Shown in pieces: positions 22,870-33,092 of a stretch of DNA of 64,000 nt. The position numbers were made by a program, and so were the translations under genes. The stretch is from contig CAVSHO010000001.1 in the NCBI GenBank assembly GCA_963727825.1, forward strand, positions 384,001 through 448,000, given 5' to 3'. Numbering within the stretch: the first letter of the stretch is position 1; every line of letters starts with the position of its first letter. The notes under the pieces were generated by a model, which saw nothing but the letters and a program-made list of their open reading frames with translations, was not told where the DNA came from and did no database searches. The stretch is from Ignavibacteriota bacterium. Lineage in GTDB: Bacteria > Bacteroidota > Ignavibacteria > UBA10030.

Positions 22870-23499
22870 TCATAGTCCCTTTACGAGGTTAACAGCTTCT
22901 TTTACAAGAGTCGTCATTTCGTTGAATTTGCCGTTAGAGATCATTTCTTCTGAAACCATCCAGCTTCCTCCACAAGCAAATACTTGTTTAAGGGAGAGAT
23001 AGTTGCGGACATTCTTTGCGTTTATGCCGCCTGTCGGAATAAATTTAATCATGCTATACGGTGCGCTGATCGCTTTTAGTGTTTTTATGCCGCCATAGGC
23101 TTCTGCAGGGAAAAACTTAAAAATACTCAAACCGTAATCAATACCCATTCCAATTTCTGTCGGAGTGCAGATTCCAGGAGTAATTGGGATTTTATTTTCG
23201 ACACAATACTTTACAACTTTTGGATTGAAACCAGGAGACACAATAAACGATGCACCGGAATCAACAGCTGACTTTACTTGATCCACCGAAAGAACGGTTC
23301 CGGCACCAAGGCAAATTTCCTTAAACCGCGAAATACGCTTTATAGATTCTACCGCTGCGGCAGTTCGAAACGTGACTTCAGCACATGGCAAACCACCGGC
23401 AATAAGAACTTCAGCCAACGGTTCGGCATTTTTTGCATCCTCCAAAACAACGACAGGTACTAAACGTATTTTACCAAGTCTTTTAAAGACTTCTGACAT
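22870..23499 (-). CDS. eda: KDPG/KHG aldolase
   Basis: AEVTFRT, GAGTVL, FIVSPG, KFFPAEAYGG, FIPTGGI. Confidence 0.95.
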   Translation of the reverse strand: MSEVFKRLGKIRLVPVVVLEDAKNAEPLAEVLIAGGLPCAEVTFRTAAAVESIKRISRFKEICLGAGTVLSVDQVKSAVDSGASFIVSPGFNPKVVKYCVENKIPITPGICTPTEIGMGIDYGLSIFKFFPAEAYGGIKTLKAISAPYSMIKFIPTGGINAKNVRNYLSLKQVFACGGSWMVSEEMISNGKFNEMTTLVKEAVNLVKGL

Positions 23500-23960
23500 A
23501 ATATTGTCCTTATAAATTGTTAATTATTATTGAATACTACTTTAACACTTAAAATGAATTGTCCACGGCAACAGAAACAGCCCTGTCAATAATTTCTATC
23601 TAGGATTCCGATTACCTTTAAACGTTTTACCAGTCGCTGGTCTTCAGACGATTTCTGGACAAATGCATTAACAGTAACATCATCAATTTCTAGTTAAACT
23701 TTCTTTTGTCGTATGTACAATATACGTTCCATTTTTCATTATATCGATAGCTACTTTATCAACAAATGACTTTTAACAGTCCTGCATGGTGCAAACCTAT
23801 AATGAGCGATTTTTTTGGGGTAGGATGCGAAATGATGGCAAATCCTTAATGAGGTAATACTACGGAAATTGGTGTGGAGGAACTAAAATCACTCTCGGAG
23901 AGTCACTTATAATCTGGTCGAACAAAGCGTCAGGCGCCCTTCAAAATGCACTTAAATTTT

Positions 23961-24588
23961 TTAGGCAACCCTGCTGAGTGTTCTTTGCTCATTACTATTT
24001 TCTTGCGAAACTTCTATAATAGTTTCATTAAGAGGACGGGATGCCAACAGGGCACGGACCATTTCTTCCAATATTAACGGCTTTGTGACATAATCATTCA
24101 TGCCAATCGAAAGAAAACTCTCTCGATCATCAGCTGATGCATTGGCTGTCATCGCGATGATATGCGGTTGTTGATCGGCAGGAAAATCTTTTCGTATCGC
24201 CATAGTTGCTTCTCGACCATCCATTTCCGGCATTTCTGCATCCATCAAAATTACGTCGTAAGATTGGCGTTTTAATGCATCTATTGCTTCGATACCAGTG
24301 AACGCTACGTCTGCGCGATACCCAAGTTTCTTTTAAAAACCATAGAGTAATCTTCAGATTGACAAGACTATCCTCTGCAAGCAAAATTCTTAATGGATGC
24401 TGTTGTCCTATCTGCACATTGAATGTTGGCAGATTTTCGATTGTTGCCCGTAGCAACCGGTGGTCTGCTTCCCTTGGGTCTAGTATCCGGTTATTTCCGG
24501 TTTCTGTTGTTTCTGCTTGGTACGTGTGGCTTTGACCTTCAACCGGCTCGCAGGGAGTTTCTGTAATTGTAATCGCTGTATATTCCAT
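23961..24588 (-). CDS. Response regulator receiver protein with N-terminal extension, apparent +1 frameshift at 24331-24334
   Basis: PLRILLAEDSLVNL (ORF 24130..24600) joins KKLGYRADVAFTGIEAIDALKRQSYDVILMDAEMPEMDG (ORF 23961..24248) if one A of an A4 run is removed; ATG 24588 follows ggagg. Confidence 0.75.
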
Positions 24589-24637
24589 AACAACCTCCAA
24601 TCGTTTGTTCTAAAGAAACCGAATCTTATTTGAAAAC

Positions 24638-24654
24638 CACAACCCTTGTGCCGA
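24638..24654 (-). promoter_or_regulatory. Candidate sigma54 -24/-12 promoter
   Basis: Minus strand reads tcggcac-aaggg-ttgtg, about 50 bp upstream of the response regulator start. Confidence 0.4.
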
Positions 24655-25072
24655 TATGTGAAAAAGCAAAATTTTTCTAAAAAGGGTCGTATTTATTGAA
24701 TTTGAGCTAGTTCTATCGTTTATGAAGATACCATCAATTGAGAACTTTGTAGAGATTTCAATTGTGATCTTTGATAGGAAATTATTCTAGCGTTAAAGTG
24801 AAGAGGAGGGGTAGTTATTAAGCTAGGAAATGCTGATCATTATATTTAGCAGCGCTTCCAATATAAAAAAAAAGGTCTTTTTCTCTTGAAATTAATTTAT
24901 TGACAGTTTTTATCGTTATTAGAGATATTTTTAAAAGTCTACTTTGTGAGGATGCATCGACTAGAAGGACGCACCAGTAGTTTTAATGCCAAAGTAACAC
25001 AATTATTATGTGGATCAGTTTGAGCGTAAATTCATAGATCATAACTCTAAATCGAATTTTTCTAATGGCTGG

Positions 25073-25432
25073 TTATGGAATAGGAAGGGAGATGTTGAAT
25101 GTCGTGCCTACTTTAAGACGGCTTTCTGCCCAGACTTTCCCGTTATGTGCTTCGATGATCTTACGTACAATAACAAGCCTGAGACCAGTGTTGGATTCAC
25201 CTGAAGTAGTCTTTATACTAAACCTTGGAAATGGTTTAAAAAGCTTATCCATATCGGCCGTTGGAATTCCTTGACCTGTATCATGCACGGAAATCACATG
25301 CGCCCCATTCTCACGCTTTGCTACCATTCTATGTAGAATTAACTATATAACCGTTTTTTCGAGAACAAGACGAAGGAGTTTTATTTGCGTCGGACTATCG
25401 TCGACAATAAGAATATTTATATACGCTGCCAT
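25073..25432 (-). pseudogene. Internally deleted REC-histidine kinase remnant
   Basis: Minus strand from 25432 reads MAAYINILIVDDSPTQIKLLRLVLEK (near copy of the neighbour's N-terminus), then a frameshift/stop, then a HATPase tail (VHDTGQGIP, NTGLRLVIV, HNGKVWAES). Confidence 0.75.
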
Positions 25433-25447
25433 CTTCAGCGCAATCCA

Positions 25448-26260
25448 TTACGACTTTTGTGTCGCATCAGGGAAGAACTTCTCTGCACAGCTCGGACAGA
25501 TACCATGAGTGAACTCAACATCAATTCTTTTTGCCATATAAGTTTCGATTTGATTCCAGTAACCCTGGTCATCACGGATCTTTTTGCAGTGCGCACAAAT
25601 CGGTAGCAATCCACTTAAAGTTTTTACTTCGGTCAATGCATGTTGTAAATTCTGATTTAACTTTTCAAGCTCAATATTCTTCTGTTCAAGTTGACGGTAT
25701 ATGTCGATAAGATCGTTATGAGCCTTCTTAAGTTCATTGGTTTTCTGAACAGCGTTTTCATAGGTTGATAGTAGAAGATCAATAATTTGCAATTTGTCAG
25801 AGTTGATGAAGTACTTCTGACCTGCAAACATGATTTCGATCTCCGAACCCAAAGGTTGACTTTTTCGCAACTCCTGATTAGCGAATATATAATGAATACG
25901 AGAAACGAGAAAAGCACTTTCGTAAGGTTTAGTAAGGAAGTTATCAGCTCCTGCTTGAAGACCTTTAATCACATCTTGGGGATTGGAAAGCGATGTTAGC
26001 AGTATTACCGGAATAAGTTTTAAGTCGGGATCACTTTTCAATACCTTGCATAGTGCAAAACCATCCATCTCCGGCATCACGACGTCGGTGATAATGAGGT
26101 TGGGATTTTTATAGCGAATGCGTTCTAATGCTTTGACACCATTTGGCGCAGAATCAACAGTGTAACCGTTTTCTTCAAGAATAAGACGAAGAAGTTTTGT
26201 TTGCGTCGGACTATCTTCGACAATAAGAATATTTATCTGTGCTGCCATTGTTATTGCCAT
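25448..26260 (-). CDS. Response regulator (REC + coiled coil + C-terminal CxxC...HxxCxxC putative metal-binding domain)
   Basis: ILIVEDS...ITDVVMPEMDG...FLTKP; tail LPICAHCKKIRDDQGYWNQIETY...FTHGICPSC. Confidence 0.88.
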   Translation of the reverse strand: MAITMAAQINILIVEDSPTQTKLLRLILEENGYTVDSAPNGVKALERIRYKNPNLIITDVVMPEMDGFALCKVLKSDPDLKLIPVILLTSLSNPQDVIKGLQAGADNFLTKPYESAFLVSRIHYIFANQELRKSQPLGSEIEIMFAGQKYFINSDKLQIIDLLLSTYENAVQKTNELKKAHNDLIDIYRQLEQKNIELEKLNQNLQHALTEVKTLSGLLPICAHCKKIRDDQGYWNQIETYMAKRIDVEFTHGICPSCAEKFFPDATQKS

Positions 26261-26329
26261 CCATTTCTGTTATGCGTATGTTAGAATTACCTACTGTTAG
26301 ACATCATTAGTAAAAATAGTGCTAGTTCT

Positions 26330-26386
26330 TTTCTATAATATATACTTCGATTTGATTCCAATAGTTCTCATTGCTACGGATCTTCA
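26330..26386 (-). pseudogene. Short remnant of a second copy of the KIRDD-YWNQIE domain
   Basis: Minus strand translates KIRSNENYWNQIEVYIIEK, against KIRDDQGYWNQIETYMAK in the adjacent gene. Confidence 0.55.
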
Positions 26387-26641
26387 GCTTCTTGGATAAC
26401 TAAGTATATATTAAATTATTAATACAATTTGCCTTTATCCATAATTTATACCAAAATGTGTAATAAGCAAACCGTAATAGGAAGTATTTCTGCAGTATTT
26501 GAAACAACAAACATTATTTTGTGCCAAGTATCAAGAATATGATGTAAAAGTTATTTATTGTCTGATAACTTTGGTTAATCAATTATGAGTAAACATCGTG
26601 AGAGCAACTTGTTGGAGCGTTAGTAAAAGGAGGTAAAAAAC

Positions 26642-27811
26642 ATGAAACTTGAACAAAAGAGATGGGATAGTGTTCATGGATGGATACCCGAACTTACGAA
26701 AACCGAAATTGGAGATGCTCAATTAATTTTGGTTTTTGGTGCCACATCACTATTAAGAAAGCAGATTCAGCTTCAGCAAATCAAAGAAACGTATCCTCAT
26801 GCCCATACTTTTGGCTGTTCGACTGCCGGAGAAATTTGTGGTACACAGGTCACAGATGGTTCAATTGTAGTAACAGCAATTAAATTTGAACACACACAAA
26901 TCAAAGATGTTAAAGTGAATTTAAATCAAGTAGAAAGCAGTTATCAAGCAGGAGAACTCTTAGCGAAAGCTTTGCCTTTAACTTTACCATCGTCAATGTC
27001 AGGTGGAGAAGATAAACTGGTGCATGTCTTGGTTCTATCGGAAGGATTAAAGGTAAATGGAAGTGATTTAGTCAGAGGATTAACATCACAACTGCCAGAT
27101 GGAACAACTGTTACCGGCGGATTGGCTGGTGATGGTGATCGGTTTGAAGAAACACTTGTCTTTGGAGATAGTGAACCACTGAAAGAAACTATTGCTGTAG
27201 TCGGATTATATGGAAGTCGATTAAAGGTTGGTTTTAGTTCTTTCGGTGGATGGGACTCCTTTGGACCAGAGAGGCTGATAACAAATTCGAAGGGGAATGT
27301 GTTATACGAGCTTGATGGACATTCGGCTTTGGAACTGTACAAGAATTATCTCGGTGAGCATGCGGAAGGTCTTCCATCAACAGGGCTTTTGTTTCCTTTG
27401 GGTATTCGGAACAAGTCAGGAAAGAGGGGAGTAGTGCGAACAATTTTATCGGTAGATGAAAATGATCATAGTATAACATTTGCAGGAGATGTTCCAGAAG
27501 GTTCATACGCACGATTTATGAAGGCGAACTTTGATCGCCTAATTGATGGCGCTGTTGAAGCGGCAAAGACAGCCGACCAAGCAATTGGTTCTGTTGCGCC
27601 TAATTTAGCGATTCTTATAAGTTGTGTCGGACGGAAACTAATTCTAAAACAGCGAGTTGAAGAAGAGGTGGAAGGCGTTCGAGATGTTTTAGGTGAACAG
27701 ACTATATTATCCGGATTTTATTCATATGGAGAGATAGCTCCATTTACTACCGGTGCCCAATGCGAATTGCAAAACCAAACAATGACTATTACAACTCTTT
27801 TAGAGGAATAG
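26642..27811 (+). CDS. FIST N/C domain protein (NosP-like sensor)
   Basis: GCSTAGEI, TGGLAGDG, NVLYELDG, LISCVGRKL, GFYSYGEI; strong aggagg RBS. Confidence 0.92.
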   Translation: MKLEQKRWDSVHGWIPELTKTEIGDAQLILVFGATSLLRKQIQLQQIKETYPHAHTFGCSTAGEICGTQVTDGSIVVTAIKFEHTQIKDVKVNLNQVESSYQAGELLAKALPLTLPSSMSGGEDKLVHVLVLSEGLKVNGSDLVRGLTSQLPDGTTVTGGLAGDGDRFEETLVFGDSEPLKETIAVVGLYGSRLKVGFSSFGGWDSFGPERLITNSKGNVLYELDGHSALELYKNYLGEHAEGLPSTGLLFPLGIRNKSGKRGVVRTILSVDENDHSITFAGDVPEGSYARFMKANFDRLIDGAVEAAKTADQAIGSVAPNLAILISCVGRKLILKQRVEEEVEGVRDVLGEQTILSGFYSYGEIAPFTTGAQCELQNQTMTITTLLEE

Positions 27812-27815
27812 TGGC

Positions 27816-30800
27816 ATGGAACAAATGCACAGTTTACTAAAACGTCAACTTAGACGATGTTTCGGCGATCAGTTCCACATTCCTGAGGATTGGCAGGAAT
27901 TTATTAATGCGGTGGATAACGCCTATTGGGAATCCGATATGGATCGGGGGATGCTGGAACGTTCTCTTGAGCTGAGTTCACAAGAGCTTCTCCAGGCAAA
28001 TTCGGAAATGCGGGCAATATTTTTAGCAATACCTGATTTACTCTTTCGAATTGATGGTGAGGGCAGGATACTTAATTACAAAGCAGGTTCTACCACAGAT
28101 CTATTTCTTGATCCCAAGGAATTACTGGGGAAACGAATTCAAGATGTTCCATTAAAACAGGTTAGTGAGAAATTCAGTGAAGCGATTCAACAAGTGCAAG
28201 AATTAAAAACAATTGTCAGCATAGAGTATTCACTATCCATGCAAAATCAACCGCTTTTCTTTGAAGCCAGACTTGTGCCACTCCACAAGGATCAAATTGT
28301 GGTCATTATTCGCAACATCACTGAGCGTAAGCGGACGGAAGAGGCGCTTCAGGAAAGCGAGCTGCGTTTTCGCATGCTTTACGAGAATGCCAAAATAGGT
28401 CTTTACAGAACTACTCCCGATGGAAAAATACTAATGGCAAATAAAATGTTAGTAAAATTGCTTGGTTATCCGTCTTTTGAAAAACTTGTTGAAAGGAACC
28501 TTGAAGGAGAGGATTATGAACCAACGTATAAACGCAAAGAGTTTCTTGAAATAATCGAAAAAGATGGTGAGATAAATGATTTTGAATCAGCGTGGATTCG
28601 TCAAGATGGCAGTATGTTTTTCATACGAGAGAGTGCTCAAGCAATTCGTGATTCTCAAGGTAACACAATATACTACGACGGAGTAATGGAGGATATCACC
28701 GAACGCAAACAAGTGGAAAAAGCATTGCAAGAGAGCGAGAATAAATTTAGAGCGATAATTAATGGAATGATAGATTCAGTATGGGTGATTGATTCCTCTG
28801 CCAATATCATTGATGTCAACAATTCTGCCATAGAAATTATGGGTTATTCAAGGGAAGAATTGCTTTCTATGAAAATTGGTGATATTGATGCTTACAATTA
28901 TCCCAAAGAAATAAAAGAGCTTACAAGTAAGGTGCCAATAGATAAAATTCAGACTTTTGAAACCTGTCATAAAATTAAAGATGGGAGAAAAATTCCAGTA
29001 GAGATTAATTCCAGTCTTATTGCGTATGGAGATAAAAAAGCTATTTTGTGTATTGCAAGAGATATTACCGAACGCAAACGAGCTGAAGAAGCATTAGAAT
29101 TAGCTGCAAAACGCTTCAAATTGGTAGCATTAGCTACACGAGATGCGATCTTCGATTGGGACTTGAACACACATCAAATCTGGAGAAATGAAAACTATCA
29201 ACAACTCTTCGGATCAATGGAAGTGAGTCTGGATAATACCGATTGGTGGGTGGATCGCATTCATCCGGAGGATCGGGAACATGTCCGTAATACTCACAAT
29301 GCTGCTTTGAAGGGCGATACTGATATGGTATCGGTTGAGTATCGCTTGTGTCGCCCTGATGGATCGTATGCATTTGTTTTTGATCGTTCACATATTGTTC
29401 GTGATACTACAGGCCAACCTACTAGGATGATCGGTGCAATCACTGATATCACCCAACAAAAACGGGCAATGGAGACATTAACATTGCTCAGCCATACGGT
29501 GAAAAGCATCGGCGAATCTATCAGCATAACCGATTTGAGGAATAATATCCTTTTTGTCAACGAGGCGTTTTTGAAAACCTACGGATATACCGAGCAAGAA
29601 ATTATTGGTAAACCAATCAGCATTGTCACTTGCGACCCGGTTACGAGTGAGCAAACGATACTGGCAGAAACGTTTAAAGGCGGCTGGCAGGGAGAACTGG
29701 TGAATAGAAAAAAAGACGGTACAACTTTCCCAATACATCTTTCTACTTCCATCGTCTATAATGAAAATCAAGAACCAATTGGTCTTGTCGGAGTTGCTAC
29801 GGATATCACAGAGCGTAAGCACGCTGAAGAAGCGCTGCGAGAATCTCAAGCTATCTACCGTTCTTTTATTGAACATTTGCCAGCCGGAGTTTTCCGTAAA
29901 GATACTGAGGGTCGCTTTGTTTTCGTCAATTCATTGTTTTGCCGGCTCAAAGGGATGGAAATGGATGAAATCATAGGTAAAACACCACATGAACTTGCAG
30001 TATTTACATCTACAATAAAAGCTACCCGACCTGCTATAATGAAAATGCAATACGAAATAGCGGATGAAGCTGTAAAGCATCAAGAAATGATTATGCAGAC
30101 AGGTAAATCTATTGAGACGGAGGAAGTCTATCCACAACAAGATGGCACAACACGATATTTTCATGTTGTAAAATCGCCAGTCTTTGCTGCCGACGGAAAA
30201 ATAATCGGCATTCAAGGAGTCCAGTTCGATATCACCGAACGTAGGATCGCACAAGAAGAACTCCAACGGGAACGTAATTTACTTCGGACGGTAATCGATA
30301 ATCTGCCCGATGGAATCTATACGAAGGATTTGAATTGTCGAAAGACACTCACAAATAAAACTGATATTTATAATATGGGTCGTGAATCAGATGCTGATGT
30401 GTTAGGAAGAGACGACTATGATCTATTCCCGAAAGAAATGGCGGATAAGTTTATAGCTGATGACCGATATGTTATCCAAACCGGTCTGCCAGTTATTAAC
30501 AGAGAAGAATATGTGGTTGATGCAAAAGGACAGAAACATTTTCTGCTGACCACAAAGTTGCCGTTTCGAGATGAACAAGGCCAGATTATTGGCTTAATAG
30601 GCATCGGTCGCGATATTACCGAGAGAAAACGTGCGGAAGAAGCATTACAAGAAAGCAACGAAAAATTACGAAACATCGTCGAAAATAGTACGAACCTTTT
30701 CTATTCGCGCAACACCGATCAGGTGTTCACGTACCTCAGCCCTCAAGCCAAAGATATTTTTGATTGTGAGCCAAATGAAGCCTTGAATCGTTTTACAGAT

Positions 30801-32453
30801 TTTATGACAGATAATCCGATTAATAAGCTCGGTTGTGAGCTGGCAGAGAAAGCAATCCAGACTTGTCTGCGGCAGGAGACCTATGAACTCGAGCTGATGA
30901 GTAGGAAAGGGCGCCGTGTTTGGGTAGAAATTCAGGAAGCACCTGTCGTGAAGAATGGAAAAACGATTTCTATAGTAGGAGCTGCAACGGATATCACCGA
31001 GCGTAGGTGGGCAGAAATGGCGCTTCAAGTTAGTGAGAAAAAATATAGAGATATTGTTACATGGGCTCCAGTTGGAATATACCAATCAACTCTATCAGGA
31101 AAACTACTCAGTGGTAATAGTCGTATCGCAGAAATGTTGGGTTATGATGATGTGAACGAATTGATTGGGTATAATATGAGGCAAACTATATATTATGATG
31201 AAAAAGATTGGGAGCGTTTTGTTGCTGAAGATGACCTTCATAAAAAAAAGGTGGCTTTGAGTCATGAAACTCGATGGAAGAAAAAAAATGGCTCTGTTAT
31301 ATGGGTCTTAATAACGATCCACGATGTACGAGATAAATCTTCTGAAATTCTCTATTACGAAGGATTTGTGTTTGATATTACCGAGCGTAAGCATGCAGAA
31401 GAAGCTTTACGCGAAAGCGAGGAACGTTATCGTTTGCTTGTTGAGAATTCGACGGATATCGTGACCGAGATTGACGCTGAAGGCAAGTATCTGTACGTCA
31501 GTGCAAATGTTAAATCGATTTTAGACCTTGAACCAATGAGCCTGGTTGGCACTAATGTACTATCAAGAGTATATGGGAAAGATAAAGCTGTAATTGGAGA
31601 GATATTAAGCAAATTAGGTGGAAGTGCAACATACCGATACCGCGATCGATTGAGTGGTTGGCATTGGTTTGAATCCTCGGGGCGAGTCTATTATACATCT
31701 TCAGGTGAACAAAGGATGGTTATGGTCAGCCGCGATGTCACACAGCGACGTAAAGCTGAGCAAGAACTTGAATTATCGAGAAAGCAATTACAGCATTTCA
31801 CAGAACACCTTGAGAATGTTCTTGAAGAAGAGCGAAAAAGAATCTCGCGTGAACTTCATGATGAACTAGGTCAATTGTTAACTATCTTGAAATTTGACTT
31901 AAGTTGGCTTAAATTAGAAGAGGTCAATAGCGATTCCGACACTATTGCGAGAATTGATGCAATGATGGAATCGGTAAATGAAGCACTGACGTCGGTGAAG
32001 CGGATCGCTCGAGAGATGCGACCACCGCAACTTGATGCGCTCGGTCTAATCGGCGCAATGCGATGGGATATTGATCAGACAGAAAAAAAGACAGGACTGA
32101 AAGGAGTTGTTACTGGCGAACTTGCAGATGTTGAGATAAAAGGTCAAATTAGTAACGTTCTTTATCGTGTATTTCGAGAAGCATTGACTAATGTTCTACG
32201 CCATTCGCAAGCTAAGCAAATATTTATAAGATTATCTCAGCGGCAGGATTCCATAATCTTTACAATAAGAGATGATGGACGCGGGATCACCAAAAAGGAA
32301 TTGAAGGGAACGACATCATTAGGTCTTGTAGGTATTCGTGAACGGATCCGGATGATTGGAGGAACATTCACTATCGAAGGTAAGCCTGGAAGTGGGACAG
32401 TATTATCTGTAGAAGTTCCGCTTAAAAAAAAGAATGGAGATAGTATATCATGA
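27816..32453 (+). CDS. Cytoplasmic sensor histidine kinase with 10 PAS/PAC domains (HisKA_3, NarX/UhpB type)
   Basis: Ten PAS units each ending in D/N-I/V-T-E/Q; EEERKRISRELHDELGQ, EALTNVLRHS, DDGRG, LGLVGIRER; no TM. Confidence 0.92.
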   Translation: MEQMHSLLKRQLRRCFGDQFHIPEDWQEFINAVDNAYWESDMDRGMLERSLELSSQELLQANSEMRAIFLAIPDLLFRIDGEGRILNYKAGSTTDLFLDPKELLGKRIQDVPLKQVSEKFSEAIQQVQELKTIVSIEYSLSMQNQPLFFEARLVPLHKDQIVVIIRNITERKRTEEALQESELRFRMLYENAKIGLYRTTPDGKILMANKMLVKLLGYPSFEKLVERNLEGEDYEPTYKRKEFLEIIEKDGEINDFESAWIRQDGSMFFIRESAQAIRDSQGNTIYYDGVMEDITERKQVEKALQESENKFRAIINGMIDSVWVIDSSANIIDVNNSAIEIMGYSREELLSMKIGDIDAYNYPKEIKELTSKVPIDKIQTFETCHKIKDGRKIPVEINSSLIAYGDKKAILCIARDITERKRAEEALELAAKRFKLVALATRDAIFDWDLNTHQIWRNENYQQLFGSMEVSLDNTDWWVDRIHPEDREHVRNTHNAALKGDTDMVSVEYRLCRPDGSYAFVFDRSHIVRDTTGQPTRMIGAITDITQQKRAMETLTLLSHTVKSIGESISITDLRNNILFVNEAFLKTYGYTEQEIIGKPISIVTCDPVTSEQTILAETFKGGWQGELVNRKKDGTTFPIHLSTSIVYNENQEPIGLVGVATDITERKHAEEALRESQAIYRSFIEHLPAGVFRKDTEGRFVFVNSLFCRLKGMEMDEIIGKTPHELAVFTSTIKATRPAIMKMQYEIADEAVKHQEMIMQTGKSIETEEVYPQQDGTTRYFHVVKSPVFAADGKIIGIQGVQFDITERRIAQEELQRERNLLRTVIDNLPDGIYTKDLNCRKTLTNKTDIYNMGRESDADVLGRDDYDLFPKEMADKFIADDRYVIQTGLPVINREEYVVDAKGQKHFLLTTKLPFRDEQGQIIGLIGIGRDITERKRAEEALQESNEKLRNIVENSTNLFYSRNTDQVFTYLSPQAKDIFDCEPNEALNRFTDFMTDNPINKLGCELAEKAIQTCLRQETYELELMSRKGRRVWVEIQEAPVVKNGKTISIVGAATDITERRWAEMALQVSEKKYRDIVTWAPVGIYQSTLSGKLLSGNSRIAEMLGYDDVNELIGYNMRQTIYYDEKDWERFVAEDDLHKKKVALSHETRWKKKNGSVIWVLITIHDVRDKSSEILYYEGFVFDITERKHAEEALRESEERYRLLVENSTDIVTEIDAEGKYLYVSANVKSILDLEPMSLVGTNVLSRVYGKDKAVIGEILSKLGGSATYRYRDRLSGWHWFESSGRVYYTSSGEQRMVMVSRDVTQRRKAEQELELSRKQLQHFTEHLENVLEEERKRISRELHDELGQLLTILKFDLSWLKLEEVNSDSDTIARIDAMMESVNEALTSVKRIAREMRPPQLDALGLIGAMRWDIDQTEKKTGLKGVVTGELADVEIKGQISNVLYRVFREALTNVLRHSQAKQIFIRLSQRQDSIIFTIRDDGRGITKKELKGTTSLGLVGIRERIRMIGGTFTIEGKPGSGTVLSVEVPLKKKNGDSIS

Positions 32454-33082
32454 TTCGTGTTCTTATTGCTGATGATCATCCGATTGTCCGAAGAGGACTC
32501 AAAACGATCTTGAAAGATGTACCGGATATTAAAGTTGAAGATGAAGCATCCGATGGTCTTGAAGTTATGGAGAAGATTCGGAATGCCGAGTTTGATGTTC
32601 TCGTACTTGATCTCTCGATGCCAAAGCTTGACGGCCTTGAAGCTATTAAAAGAATAAAAGCAGAAAAGCCTGATTTAGCTATACTTGTGTTGAGCATGAA
32701 CCCTGAAGAAGTATTCGGGATTCGAGCGTTGAATCTCGGTGCATCTGGATATCTTTCTAAAGACACCGCACTTGAACAACTTATTCAAGCAATCCGACGC
32801 GTAGCTTCTGGAAAAGTTTATATCTCACAATTGCTCGCTGAATCAATTGCACAAAATGTAAGTCGAGGTTCACCTAAGCTTCCGCATGAGCATCTTTCCG
32901 ATCGAGAATATCAAATTATGTTGATGATCGCTAGAGGTATGTCGTTAAAAGCGATTGGTATAGAACTTTCAGTAAGTGTTAAAACGGTAAGCACACACCG
33001 TACACACATTCTACAGAAAATGAGGCTGGAGAATAACGCCCAAATAGTAACCTACGCTCTACAAAATAATCTGTTGGGATAA
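32450..33082 (+). CDS. NarL/UvrY-family response regulator (REC-LuxR HTH)
   Basis: VLIADDHPIVRRG, LDLSMP, LSDREYQI, SVKTVSTHR; overlaps the kinase stop (atga). Confidence 0.93.
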   Translation: MIRVLIADDHPIVRRGLKTILKDVPDIKVEDEASDGLEVMEKIRNAEFDVLVLDLSMPKLDGLEAIKRIKAEKPDLAILVLSMNPEEVFGIRALNLGASGYLSKDTALEQLIQAIRRVASGKVYISQLLAESIAQNVSRGSPKLPHEHLSDREYQIMLMIARGMSLKAIGIELSVSVKTVSTHRTHILQKMRLENNAQIVTYALQNNLLG

Positions 33083-33092
33083 TTACCTTCTA

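Noticed and set aside
23683-23770. Possible receiver-domain remnant on the minus strand (DKVAIDIMKNGTY...KESLTR)
   Set aside because: Only a short, weak resemblance by eye; cannot be supported without a search.
26510-26528. Sigma54 promoter on the minus strand (ttggcacaaaataatgt)
   Set aside because: Good -24 element but the -12 element does not match at the required spacing.
28300-31770. Repeated gatat(c/t)accga(a/g)cg units as a CRISPR or tandem repeat
   Set aside because: These are DITER coding motifs at the ends of PAS domains, spaced about 350-420 bp apart inside a CDS.
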